In this document: one piece after another, positions 46,448 through 55,461 of the stretch
Layout: each line of letters starts with the position of its first letter
Numbering within the stretch: position 1 is the stretch's first letter
Assembly: GCA_050250255.1 (NCBI GenBank)
Contig: JBFWOZ010000003.1
Location: 1-64,000, forward strand
DNA length: 64,000 nt
Direction of reading: 5' to 3'
DNA from: Bdellovibrionales bacterium
Lineage (GTDB): Bacteria; Bdellovibrionota; Bdellovibrionia; Bdellovibrionales; DASUEL01
The notes under the pieces: model-generated
The model's database searches: none
What the model was told of the DNA's origin: nothing
Seen by the model: the letters and a program-made list of their open reading frames with translations, nothing else
Position numbers and translations under genes: made by a program

Positions 46448-49120
46448 CTATTTCGTCTTCATTTCGTACACGCCGTCCCAGTCTGGAGGAGGGGGGCTTT
46501 CCTTGTACTCAGTTGTGCGTTCGAGATAGAGCTTAGAGGGATTATCGTCAGGGTTGATTTTCAATGCATTTGCGAAATGCACGTGAGCTTCATCCCAATT
46601 TTTCTCGTGATATTGTTTAAAACCCTTCTCAAACTCCTCGAGCATAGGCAGTGCTTTGCACTCCTTGGATTTTGGAGCAATCAGCTCGTAAATTTTTACG
46701 GGTTGCATCTTGCCTTTAACTCGTACCCAATCGACTTCCCGAGCTATAAAGTCATTTTTCACTTCTTCGTACGTAAATTCGCTGATGATAATACGTGTTC
46801 CGTATTGCTTATTAATACTTTCAAGACGAGAGCCCAGATTTACCGCGTCCCCCATGACCGTGTAGCTTCTCACGGTTTCTGAACCCATGTTACCAACACT
46901 CATTTCTCCAGTGTTGAGACCGATTCCGACATCGATAGTGGGGAGGCCCATCGCTTTGAATTCCTGATTGAGCTTAGGAAGCAAATCAATCATATCAATG
47001 GCACATTGGCAGGCCTTCTTTGCGTGGTCTGGATAAGGAATCGGCGCTCCAAAAAACGCCATGATGGCATCGCCCATATATTTATCAAGAGTACCGTCAT
47101 TTTTAAAAACCAGCGCTGTCATAGGCGTTAAATATTTATTTAAAACATCAGAAAGTACTCGGGGATCGAGTTTCTCAGAAATAGTAGTAAAGCCACGCAA
47201 ATCAGAAAAGATCACTGTCATGCGCTGCTTTTTTCCACCCAAATTGATGTTATCTGGGTGCTTTAAAACCTCAGCAACAATGGCGGGCGAAACGTATTTT
47301 TCAAAAGTGCCTCTCATCGCCTTCTTTTTACGCTCTTCAGTAAGATATTTGTAAAAAGTGAGCATCACGTACATTGTAAAAACCATCATGAGTGGAAGAA
47401 TGACGGCGACAATGATACCGGCCTTGAAGAGGTAGAAGCGATCGACGAAGTAAATAGCTCCGACAGTACCTGCTGTCACAAGCAGCCCCTGAACAGCTCC
47501 TAAATGAGAAAGTGCGAAGCTTAAAATAAGGCCCATGATAGCTAACGCCATCAGCATTTTAGGGCCTTCACTGTGATGATTCACGAGAAAATCAGATCTC
47601 AACATATTGTCGATGAGGTTGGCGTGAGTTTCTACTCCAGGATAATTTTCGGAAAAAGGTGTGACACGAAGATCGTAAGTGCCGGTAGAGGTGGCGCCAA
47701 AAATAAGGATTTTATTTTTTAAGAAATCGGCTTTCTTAACCACTTGTTGAATAACCTTGTCGCCTTGTCGAATGCTAATGTTGGCATCATCACGTTTATT
47801 AAAAAGTTCATAGATGCTCATGTGCGGGAACATGTGATCGCTTCCGGCATAGTTGATTAAAAGTCGACCTTGGCCATCAACGGGAAGAGTTTGTACTTCA
47901 GTGCCTTCGCTATCAATGAGTGCAAGTTTCGAAACGATTTTGGAGGCGGGATCCGTAGGATCTTGCTCTAAAGTGATCATAGCGTTGAGATCTTTTGCGA
48001 GGAGAACGGATTTGAGTGCGAGAGAGCTCATAAAGAGACCACCGTAACGAACCAGAACACCACTTCGACGAACGGTTCCGTCTCCGTCTAGCGTGGCATT
48101 GAAATAGGCCGTATGTTTTGCGCCCTCGTTAATGACGGAGAGGTTGGTCCACCATCGACCTGTACGATGAACGGTATTATTAAGACTAGAGGTTTTAATT
48201 CGGTGAACGGCTTCATCAAAGTTGAGTTCCGCCCATCCCTCGATGCCTGTACGTAATTGTGGCCAAGACAAAGCGAGTTGTTCGTACATCTCATCTTTGT
48301 GTTCGCCTGTAGAAATGAGCCAACGATCACAATAGGCTGTTTGCGCTTTCCCGATAGCCTGAGGCAATTCTTCTGGGTTTTTGTTTTCCTCAGCCCATTG
48401 TTTGGTCACATGAGTTTCAATATCTGTAAAACGCTGTTGTAAGAAAGCTTTGAAAGCTTCAGGTATTGCAAAAGTATCTTGATCAACCGCGATGACGGGT
48501 TTTTCTTCTTTTTCCAGATGTGCATATTGAGGAGTTTTTTCTGCCAAAAGATTTCCACAAAATTCCTGATAAGGGTAGTAACTATCAGAAGGTTCGTCGT
48601 AGTAAGAACCCATGACAAGGTGGCTCGATTGTTTTTCAACCGTACGTGCGAGAACCCAATCCGTGTTTGCTTTTGATAATTCTTGGTCGATGAGCTCGTT
48701 GAGTTCGCTATTCACGAGTTTCGACTCTTTGATTTTTGAAAGTGAAAGGGTTGCTTGATTTTTATCTGGCTCTACAAAAACGGCATCGAAGGCCACAACT
48801 TTGGCTCCATAGCTGACAAGAAGATCAATGATCTCTGCTATTTTACCTCTTGGCCATGGCCATCGACCGATCTTTTCCTCCGAGAGTTCATCAACAGCGA
48901 TAATTGCAACATCCGTTGAGCCGGGCCGTGGTCCACGGTCGTTCAAGCGGATATCGATGGATTTTTGATGCATTTCTGTTAAACGCTGTAAAACCCAACT
49001 TGAAGAATGAGTGTCGACATAAAATTGAAAACCCATCCAGAGAAAAATAAAAGTAATGATGAGTCCTAATTTAAAGGCGGAGGGTGTAAATAATTTTGTA
49101 ATAAATAATTTCATATCCAC
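46448..49120 (-). CDS. CHASE2-domain class III adenylate cyclase with C-terminal TPR
   Basis: GRWPWPR, DGDGTVRR, YPGVETHA (CHASE2); three TMs; FSDLRGFT, DKYMGDAIMAFFG, YTVMGDAVNLGSRLE. Confidence 0.93.
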   Translation of the reverse strand: MDMKLFITKLFTPSAFKLGLIITFIFLWMGFQFYVDTHSSSWVLQRLTEMHQKSIDIRLNDRGPRPGSTDVAIIAVDELSEEKIGRWPWPRGKIAEIIDLLVSYGAKVVAFDAVFVEPDKNQATLSLSKIKESKLVNSELNELIDQELSKANTDWVLARTVEKQSSHLVMGSYYDEPSDSYYPYQEFCGNLLAEKTPQYAHLEKEEKPVIAVDQDTFAIPEAFKAFLQQRFTDIETHVTKQWAEENKNPEELPQAIGKAQTAYCDRWLISTGEHKDEMYEQLALSWPQLRTGIEGWAELNFDEAVHRIKTSSLNNTVHRTGRWWTNLSVINEGAKHTAYFNATLDGDGTVRRSGVLVRYGGLFMSSLALKSVLLAKDLNAMITLEQDPTDPASKIVSKLALIDSEGTEVQTLPVDGQGRLLINYAGSDHMFPHMSIYELFNKRDDANISIRQGDKVIQQVVKKADFLKNKILIFGATSTGTYDLRVTPFSENYPGVETHANLIDNMLRSDFLVNHHSEGPKMLMALAIMGLILSFALSHLGAVQGLLVTAGTVGAIYFVDRFYLFKAGIIVAVILPLMMVFTMYVMLTFYKYLTEERKKKAMRGTFEKYVSPAIVAEVLKHPDNINLGGKKQRMTVIFSDLRGFTTISEKLDPRVLSDVLNKYLTPMTALVFKNDGTLDKYMGDAIMAFFGAPIPYPDHAKKACQCAIDMIDLLPKLNQEFKAMGLPTIDVGIGLNTGEMSVGNMGSETVRSYTVMGDAVNLGSRLESINKQYGTRIIISEFTYEEVKNDFIAREVDWVRVKGKMQPVKIYELIAPKSKECKALPMLEEFEKGFKQYHEKNWDEAHVHFANALKINPDDNPSKLYLERTTEYKESPPPPDWDGVYEMKTK

Positions 49121-49121
49121 A

Positions 49122-49973
49122 TCACTTCTTTTTCGTTTCGTTGGATTTCTTTAATGCTAATATTTTTGAGTAGATTGTCTTTCTATTCATTTTCGTTCGA
49201 GACTGAGCCGCTTTCAAGATATCTTGATGTGACAAACCCTCTCGTAGCTGTGAGTCTAGCCATTGGTCGAAGTCTTTGTCTGTCGTCTCATTTGCCACTG
49301 GTGCGTAAATAAAAACAAATTCTCCTTTGGGAGGCTTTTCTTCAAAATGCGCGAGGTGTTCGGAGATATTTGCAAATAAAAATTCTTCGAATTTTTTTGT
49401 CATTTCACGTGCGATAAAGAGTGGAGAGTCGCCAAATATTTCTAGGGCCTCTTGAAGATGCTCTACGACTCGATGAGGAGATTCAAACACCACAAAACGA
49501 TGTTCTAATGTAGAGAGTTTTTTAAAAAATTTTTTTCTTTCACCTGATTTTGAGGGGACGAAACCAAAAAACGAATGGGCGGCGCCACCGATCGGGCATA
49601 CGCTGAGAGCGGCCATGACGGAACTTGGACCAGGCACAGGGACCACTCGGATTCCTTCCTTGTAGCAGAGTTCTAAGATGTTGTGTGAAGGGTCGGAAAC
49701 TCCAGGTGTGCCAGCATCTGAGACCAAAGCAACGGACTGTCCTTGCTTGAGAAGTTGAATCAATCCAAGCGCCGAGTTTCTTTCGTTGTGATCATGGTAG
49801 CTAACGACCTTTTTGACTTTGATTCCTAGTTCATTTGCCAGCGTTTTGAAAACGCGCGTATCTTCTGCGGCAATGACATCGACATCAGAGAGCAGGCTTT
49901 TAGCCCTGGGACTTAAATCTAGATTTTGTCCGATAGGTGTAGAGATTACGTAGAGTTGATTCTGTGCAACCAT
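49122..49973 (-). CDS. rsmI: 16S rRNA (cytidine1402-2'-O)-methyltransferase
   Basis: LYVISTPIG, AAEDTR, LVSDAGTPGVSDP, FESPHR, AREMTK..EE. Confidence 0.95.
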   Translation of the reverse strand: MVAQNQLYVISTPIGQNLDLSPRAKSLLSDVDVIAAEDTRVFKTLANELGIKVKKVVSYHDHNERNSALGLIQLLKQGQSVALVSDAGTPGVSDPSHNILELCYKEGIRVVPVPGPSSVMAALSVCPIGGAAHSFFGFVPSKSGERKKFFKKLSTLEHRFVVFESPHRVVEHLQEALEIFGDSPLFIAREMTKKFEEFLFANISEHLAHFEEKPPKGEFVFIYAPVANETTDKDFDQWLDSQLREGLSHQDILKAAQSRTKMNRKTIYSKILALKKSNETKKK

Positions 49974-50096
49974 ATGAGTTATCAAAACCTAGCCTTTGTA
50001 TTCATTGTCCCATTAAACCTGCAGGATATAATGAAAGTTATCGACACTTCTGCTCGGAAAAATAAGCTGTCGCGAGGAAAAATAAGGGGAGGCCTA

Positions 50097-50531
50097 ATGG
50101 TCGCAGAAATATCCAAAAGAGGCGAAATCACAATTGTGCGTTTAAAGGGACGATTGGATTTTGAAACACCTGAGCCTTTTAAGAGAACCTGCCTTGCGAA
50201 GTTGAAGAATGAAAAAGTGGTTTTTAATCTTCAGGAACTCAACTTTGTAGGATCATGTGGGATTACGATCTTTCTAGATTTGCTCAATGAATTTTCTACG
50301 AGCAATAGTGTGAAACCTAAATTTTGTGGTTTAAATTCGGAGTTTCGTCGTCTGTTTTTGAGTATCCATAACGGACCTGTCGAGATTTATGATGATCAAG
50401 TGAAGGCTCTGAGCGCGTTTGACCTTGCCGTTTCCGTAATCGATTTTGCTTCTCAGCAAATTGCAGAAACCGCGGAGTGGACTGAAGATGAAGAAAAAGA
50501 CTTCATAGAGGACCCCATTCAACCTGTCTAA
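50097..50531 (+). CDS. STAS-domain anti-sigma factor antagonist
   Basis: VRLKGRLD, VFNLQELNFVGSCGI; GGAGG RBS before MVAE. Confidence 0.82.
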   Translation: MVAEISKRGEITIVRLKGRLDFETPEPFKRTCLAKLKNEKVVFNLQELNFVGSCGITIFLDLLNEFSTSNSVKPKFCGLNSEFRRLFLSIHNGPVEIYDDQVKALSAFDLAVSVIDFASQQIAETAEWTEDEEKDFIEDPIQPV

Positions 50532-50771
50532 TTACTGACAAAAATAAGTAGATTTTGAAACGTGATTTCCCTGGGCTGTCTGGCTGCAAGATTTGAAAAA
50601 GCGGTCAGGTGAACCAGTGGGTGCTCGAGTAGGGTATTGTGTATCCGTTCGAAATCTGTCGTTCAAGGATGTCACAGGGTCATAAGGTTCAGCTGCTTTT
50701 TCTGAGCTAGAACAGGCGGTGAAAGCCAATTGGACGAGAAAAAAGGTAAAAATCAGTTTCCCTAAGTGCAT
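50532..50771 (-). CDS. Small lipoprotein
   Basis: Signal peptide with lipobox FTAC, C-terminal Cys pair. Confidence 0.65.
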   Translation of the reverse strand: MHLGKLIFTFFLVQLAFTACSSSEKAAEPYDPVTSLNDRFRTDTQYPTRAPTGSPDRFFKSCSQTAQGNHVSKSTYFCQ

Positions 50772-50778
50772 ATCTTTT

Positions 50779-50806
50779 CTATCGGTGAATTATGAAGAAA
50801 TCTTTG
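50779..50806 (-). promoter_or_regulatory. sigma28-like promoter
   Basis: CAAA-N16-ACCGATAG ending 7 nt before the ATG at 50771. Confidence 0.5.
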
Positions 50807-50839
50807 CTTGGCCCCCTCTAAAAATGGTATGAATAGAGC

Positions 50840-51775
50840 ATGTTTTTGCAACGAACTATCCGAGAGCCTATCAAAGTAGAGGGTATCGGACTCCATACGG
50901 GAAAAAAAGTCGGCCTCACCTTTCGTCCAGCGCCAGCTAATGCGGGTGTTCATTTTGTCCGTGCCGATTTGCCTCATAAACCGACTCTTGCAGTTCATGT
51001 TAAAAATATCACGGCGACGTCTCAGGCAACAACTCTTGGCGGTCCTGATTTTTCTGTAGCGACTGTGGAACATTGTCTTGCTGCACTTGCAGTTTTACGT
51101 ATTGATAATTTGATTATTGAATTGATGGGCGAAGAAATCCCGATCGGTGATGGAAGTGCCTGGGTGTTTTGGAATGCTCTTAAAAACGTCGGACTCATCG
51201 AACAAGAGCAACCTAGAAAATATCTCTACATTACAAAAACAATCTATCTTGGAAACGAAGAACGTCACGCGTACATCATGCCTTACAATGGCCTAAGAGT
51301 GACATGCACGATTGATTTCCCACATCCACGTATTCGCACTCAGTATATTGATTTGGACATTAATCAGAACTCTTTTGAAACGCAGCTCTCGCGTGCGCGT
51401 ACTTTTGGTTTCTTAAAAGATGTTGAATATCTTCAATCAAGAGGATTGGCGCTCGGTGGTAGTTTAGACAATGCCATTGTTCTTGATGATATGAACATTA
51501 TAAATCCAGGCGGATTACATTATCCTGATGAATTTGTCCGTCATAAGGCGATGGATGCGTTAGGTGATATCGTAACTCTTGGGCAACCTTTGATGGGACA
51601 TCTTGTTCTTTACAAAGCCGGTCATGATCTTATGAGTCGTTTTGTGAAAAAGGTTTTAGAAACTACGGACTCCTACGTAATGAAAGAATTAGGAACGGAT
51701 CTTGTTGTGGATGATGATGGCCGTTCTGCATGGGCTTCAAAATCCAATAGTGAGTTAGGTTCGTACACCGATTAA
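50840..51775 (+). CDS. lpxC: UDP-3-O-acyl-N-acetylglucosamine deacetylase
   Basis: GIGLHTG, TVEHCLAAL, ARTFGF, GGSLDNA, HKAMDALGD. Confidence 0.97.
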   Translation: MFLQRTIREPIKVEGIGLHTGKKVGLTFRPAPANAGVHFVRADLPHKPTLAVHVKNITATSQATTLGGPDFSVATVEHCLAALAVLRIDNLIIELMGEEIPIGDGSAWVFWNALKNVGLIEQEQPRKYLYITKTIYLGNEERHAYIMPYNGLRVTCTIDFPHPRIRTQYIDLDINQNSFETQLSRARTFGFLKDVEYLQSRGLALGGSLDNAIVLDDMNIINPGGLHYPDEFVRHKAMDALGDIVTLGQPLMGHLVLYKAGHDLMSRFVKKVLETTDSYVMKELGTDLVVDDDGRSAWASKSNSELGSYTD

Positions 51776-51781
51776 GCTTCC

Positions 51782-52459
51782 ATGGAAGAATACGAATATT
51801 CAGCTCGTGATATCGCATACATTGGATTACCTTTTAATGCGCCCACTCTTCTCAAAATGTATTCCCAGGGAATTTTTCCTTGGCCTCACGAAGACGAGCC
51901 AAGTTTATGGTTTGCTCCCCAGAAAAGGGGCATTCTTTCTTTCGATGAACTTCATATTCCCTCTAGCCTTATAAAAAAAATTAAAAAACAGAATTTCACT
52001 TTTTCCTGCAATCAAAACTTTGAAGCGGTTATGAGAGCTTGTGCCGAACGCAGCCGAAAAAATCAATCTGGCACTTGGATTATTGAAGAACTGATTCCCG
52101 CTTACTGTGAGTTGCAGAAGAAGGGCTACGCCTTAAGCCTGGAGTGCTGGCGAGATCAGGAACTTATAGGCGGAATTTATGGCGTCTGGATTCAAAATTA
52201 TTTCAGTGCCGAAAGTATGTTTGGCTTAGAAAGTGATGTCTCAAAGTTGTGTTTATTAAAGCTCATTTCACTCTTGCAATGGTCTGGGTCGGAATGGCTC
52301 GATATCCAAATGGTGACCTCTGTGACGCATCAATTTGGGGGACGGTATGTTTCTAAAAAAGACTTCACAAGAATGCTTTTACAAGCTCTCAAAAGTTCGC
52401 CAAAATTAGGGAGTAGCCTAAATATTAATGAATTGCCATGGCCGGCGAGTGTGAAATGA
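51782..52459 (+). CDS. aat: Leucyl/phenylalanyl-tRNA-protein transferase
   Basis: YSQGIFPW, GTWI, GGIYGV, FSAESMF, SK, WLDIQ. Confidence 0.9.
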   Translation: MEEYEYSARDIAYIGLPFNAPTLLKMYSQGIFPWPHEDEPSLWFAPQKRGILSFDELHIPSSLIKKIKKQNFTFSCNQNFEAVMRACAERSRKNQSGTWIIEELIPAYCELQKKGYALSLECWRDQELIGGIYGVWIQNYFSAESMFGLESDVSKLCLLKLISLLQWSGSEWLDIQMVTSVTHQFGGRYVSKKDFTRMLLQALKSSPKLGSSLNINELPWPASVK

Positions 52460-53301
52460 AAGAAAATTTTTCGAGACAGCTAGGTGTTTCCCTTTGTTTA
52501 TCTCTGGGGAGTGTTTTTTTATTTATTATCAGTTGCACGAACATTGGCCTTTCTCAGCTCAATGACCGAGTTTCTGATAACTTTTCTGGCGGTCTCGCCG
52601 CTCCAGCCGATATCGATCCGACAGGAACAAACCAATTTTCTTTTGTTGTAATGGGAGACACTCACGTAGGGAGTCCTGGTGGGGGCGTAATTGATCGGAT
52701 TGCAAGTCTTGCTCAAGCAAACGGTGATGCGTTTGCGGTTGTCACCGGTGATTTAACTCACGGTGGTTTGGAGGGTGAATTCAGCCAATTTAAAGCGATA
52801 TTTGATCGCTTCTCCCTACCTTGGAGAGCCGCGATCGGGAATCATGACATCTTTTTTGGTGGATGGTCTCGTTACCGCACACAGATTGGGCGAAGTATTT
52901 ATTCCTTCAATGCGGATAATGCCCATATCGTTATGCTCGACACGGCAAATGGAGTGATGGGACAGAATCAGCTGGAATGGCTTGAACAAGATCTCAGCCG
53001 CAATACGCGGCCGCATGTTATTTTAGTGTCTCATTTCTCACCGTGGAACGGCCATTTTTCAAGCATCTATCGGATGTCTTCCGAAGAGGAAGCGGCGATC
53101 GTGAAGGACATTGCTTATCGACACGGAGTAGACCTTTATTTTGCGGGTCATTATCACGGACACGCGGAAGGTGATCTCGGTAATACAAAATATATTGTGA
53201 CCGGCGGAGCCAACGATCAAATGGATTTGGGGCAACGACAAAACTTCATTCGCGTAAGAGTGAATGGGGACAGCATAAGTGCGGAATCAAACTTCTTCTA
53301 A
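52456..53301 (+). CDS. Calcineurin-like metallophosphoesterase lipoprotein
   Basis: IISC lipobox; GDTH, GDL, GNHD, GHYH. Confidence 0.88.
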   Translation: MKENFSRQLGVSLCLSLGSVFLFIISCTNIGLSQLNDRVSDNFSGGLAAPADIDPTGTNQFSFVVMGDTHVGSPGGGVIDRIASLAQANGDAFAVVTGDLTHGGLEGEFSQFKAIFDRFSLPWRAAIGNHDIFFGGWSRYRTQIGRSIYSFNADNAHIVMLDTANGVMGQNQLEWLEQDLSRNTRPHVILVSHFSPWNGHFSSIYRMSSEEEAAIVKDIAYRHGVDLYFAGHYHGHAEGDLGNTKYIVTGGANDQMDLGQRQNFIRVRVNGDSISAESNFF

Positions 53302-53398
53302 TAAGGTGCCAGGTTCCGTTTCCGGGTCACACCACGTCATAAAATGGACGCGGTGTGACCCGGAAACGGAACCTGGCACCTTATTATGGCACCTTTTA
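53299..53398. repeat. Long palindrome (35-bp perfect arms) plus an extra partial arm; same termini as 15481-15566
   Basis: TAATAAGGTGCCAGGTTCCGTTTCCGGGTCACACC (53299-53333) and its reverse complement ending at 53386, then TGGCACCTTTTA (53387-53398). Confidence 0.9.
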
Positions 53399-54760
53399 GA
53401 GGAGGTCGCCGAAATCTTCGCGATCGGGGAGCGGGCTAGAGCCCAAAGCAGCGTGTGATTGGTGCTTTTTTGAGTGACCGCTTTGAATTTCCAGAAATAA
53501 ATCTTCAATACGATCGGCAGATGCCGTGTTCTCTTCACCAATCAAAGTTTGGGGGACGAGAGGGTTTTGAAAAAGAGCCTCCGTGCCAGCGAGTGTGGGT
53601 CTTGTAACTTCTAGTATCGATGCAGAAGGAATGACCTCTGCTTGGAGTTTCACTTGGCGAATACGCAAACGAAGGAGTTCATTTTCTTTCCGGGCTTCTT
53701 GCATATCTTCGCTCAATTTTTGATTGAGACGCTGAGCAGCTCCCAAATGGGCTTCGAGCATCTCTGCGTTCTTCTTGCTTTCTGTCCATAGCTCTTCAAC
53801 CGTCCTGATATCGCCTTGCAGTTTTTGGATATCTGCCTGGTACGAAGCCTCAAGGGTCAAAAGCTTGCGCTCAGCCAAAATAGTCTTGTTTTCGTGAGCG
53901 GCGTTAGCCTCTTCGAATTTATTTTTTATAATTGTGGTTTGTTCCAGTTTTTGTTTTTGGTGTTCAAAGTCGATTTTGTAAAGTTCGAGTTCTTTAGAAA
54001 TATGGCCATAACGTTTTTCGTGATAATCCACGAGCGTTTTCTGATCTTGTTCGAAGTGGTCAGACTGAGCTTTCATATGCGTTAGTAGCTCTTGAATTCG
54101 TGCTCCAAGCTCATGACTTTTGAGTTCGCTTCTTTGGGCTTTATCTGTCTGCGTTTGAAGATCAAATTTTAAACTTTTCACCCATGGGCGAACATTCTTT
54201 TTTATTTTGGATTTATATTTTTCAAACCACTGAAGCTTTTGCTGTAAAGCAGGTACCAAGGAAGCTTCATTTTTATATTTTCTAAAAAGAGGAGTGATTA
54301 CTTCTCGGATGCGGCGGTGATACTGTTCTAACCGACGAATATGGCCGATAAATAGGGCGCGATCTTTCTCTGTTTTCTCTTTGAGATTTCGGTGATCGAT
54401 AACGAGATTAGCGTATGCTTTTTCTGCATTTTCTTTATCGATACGGTATGTGATTACTAAATTTTCTTGAGTTTGGAAACGCTTGTGAAGAACTTGGATT
54501 TCTTCTTTGTAAGCTTCTTTTTGAGACTGAAATTGTGTGAATTGATTTTGGTAATGTTGAATACCTTGCTCTAAATCACTCACCCGGCGGATATGAATAT
54601 TTAATCTTGTCGAGAGATCTATATTTTGTTGAATCAAACTTTCAATCGCAACGGAGTGTGTTGAGTTGTGTGTTTGAAAAGCAACATCCAATGTCGCCGG
54701 TTCAGAAGGAATGGGAACATTGATTTCTGTATGATTTTGAGACGACATGAAAAACCTCAT
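53396..54760 (-). CDS. Long coiled-coil hypothetical protein
   Basis: 454-codon ORF, Q/E/K-rich heptads, no TM. Confidence 0.7.
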   Translation of the reverse strand: MRFFMSSQNHTEINVPIPSEPATLDVAFQTHNSTHSVAIESLIQQNIDLSTRLNIHIRRVSDLEQGIQHYQNQFTQFQSQKEAYKEEIQVLHKRFQTQENLVITYRIDKENAEKAYANLVIDHRNLKEKTEKDRALFIGHIRRLEQYHRRIREVITPLFRKYKNEASLVPALQQKLQWFEKYKSKIKKNVRPWVKSLKFDLQTQTDKAQRSELKSHELGARIQELLTHMKAQSDHFEQDQKTLVDYHEKRYGHISKELELYKIDFEHQKQKLEQTTIIKNKFEEANAAHENKTILAERKLLTLEASYQADIQKLQGDIRTVEELWTESKKNAEMLEAHLGAAQRLNQKLSEDMQEARKENELLRLRIRQVKLQAEVIPSASILEVTRPTLAGTEALFQNPLVPQTLIGEENTASADRIEDLFLEIQSGHSKKHQSHAALGSSPLPDREDFGDLL

Positions 54761-54862
54761 CCTAAAGCTTTAGCAGGTCTCGATATGAGACCTATGGTTC
54801 TATTTTATGTTCCACAGCGAGCCTGTCAAAAGACCTAGGCAATATATTCTATGTTCTCGATT

Positions 54863-54889
54863 TAAGTCCTGATCGTGGGTGTCCGAAAA
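54863..54889 (+). promoter_or_regulatory. sigma28-like promoter
   Basis: TAAG-N15-TCCGAAAA ending 8 nt before the ATG at 54898. Confidence 0.5.
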
Positions 54890-54897
54890 GTTCTTAT

Positions 54898-55461
54898 ATG
54901 GCTGATAATACAGCAAAAAAAGATCTTGAATTAGTCGAAGGCGAGGAAACCGAAGAGCATTTTGAAGAAGAAATGGTCTCTGACGGTAATCCTGATTCGT
55001 TAGGGAATGCCATCGTCCAATTTACGACTGCCGAAAAATATGACCGCGCGATTCGAGAGCTAAGAGCTTATCAAGAGTACAAAGCAAACTATCCGACGTA
55101 TGCCGACAGAACGGATCGCTTATTTGAACATATCGAGAACGTTATCAACGCGATTCGCTCGAAAAAGAACCTTACTCGTGCAGTGAACATTTCTGCATCA
55201 AAAAGAAAAGAAATCAGTCAGGTGGTCGGTCACCACATCAAGCAACTTAAAGGGAGTCTCCAGCGTGTTGTACAGATTGAACAGCAGCTTCGTATGAAAG
55301 ACTCCAGGTCTACCATTTGGGTTGTAAAGGCTATGTTTTTAAGCTGTTTTGCAATAGGCGGGATAGCTCTTTTTATGGAAGCTTACGAACATATGCAGGT
55401 TTCTTATGAGCTTTTGCTACAGCATCTGGAAAGCATCATCGCACGTTTACTCAATTTATAA
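54898..55461 (+). CDS. Hypothetical protein with C-terminal TM helix
   Basis: Acidic N-terminus, helical body, IWVVKAMFLSCFAIGGIALFM. Confidence 0.65.
   Translation: MADNTAKKDLELVEGEETEEHFEEEMVSDGNPDSLGNAIVQFTTAEKYDRAIRELRAYQEYKANYPTYADRTDRLFEHIENVINAIRSKKNLTRAVNISASKRKEISQVVGHHIKQLKGSLQRVVQIEQQLRMKDSRSTIWVVKAMFLSCFAIGGIALFMEAYEHMQVSYELLLQHLESIIARLLNL

Noticed and set aside
53287..53541. 84-aa minus-strand ORF; also 14618..14821 (+)
   Set aside because: These run through palindromic elements and overlap real genes; not credible proteins
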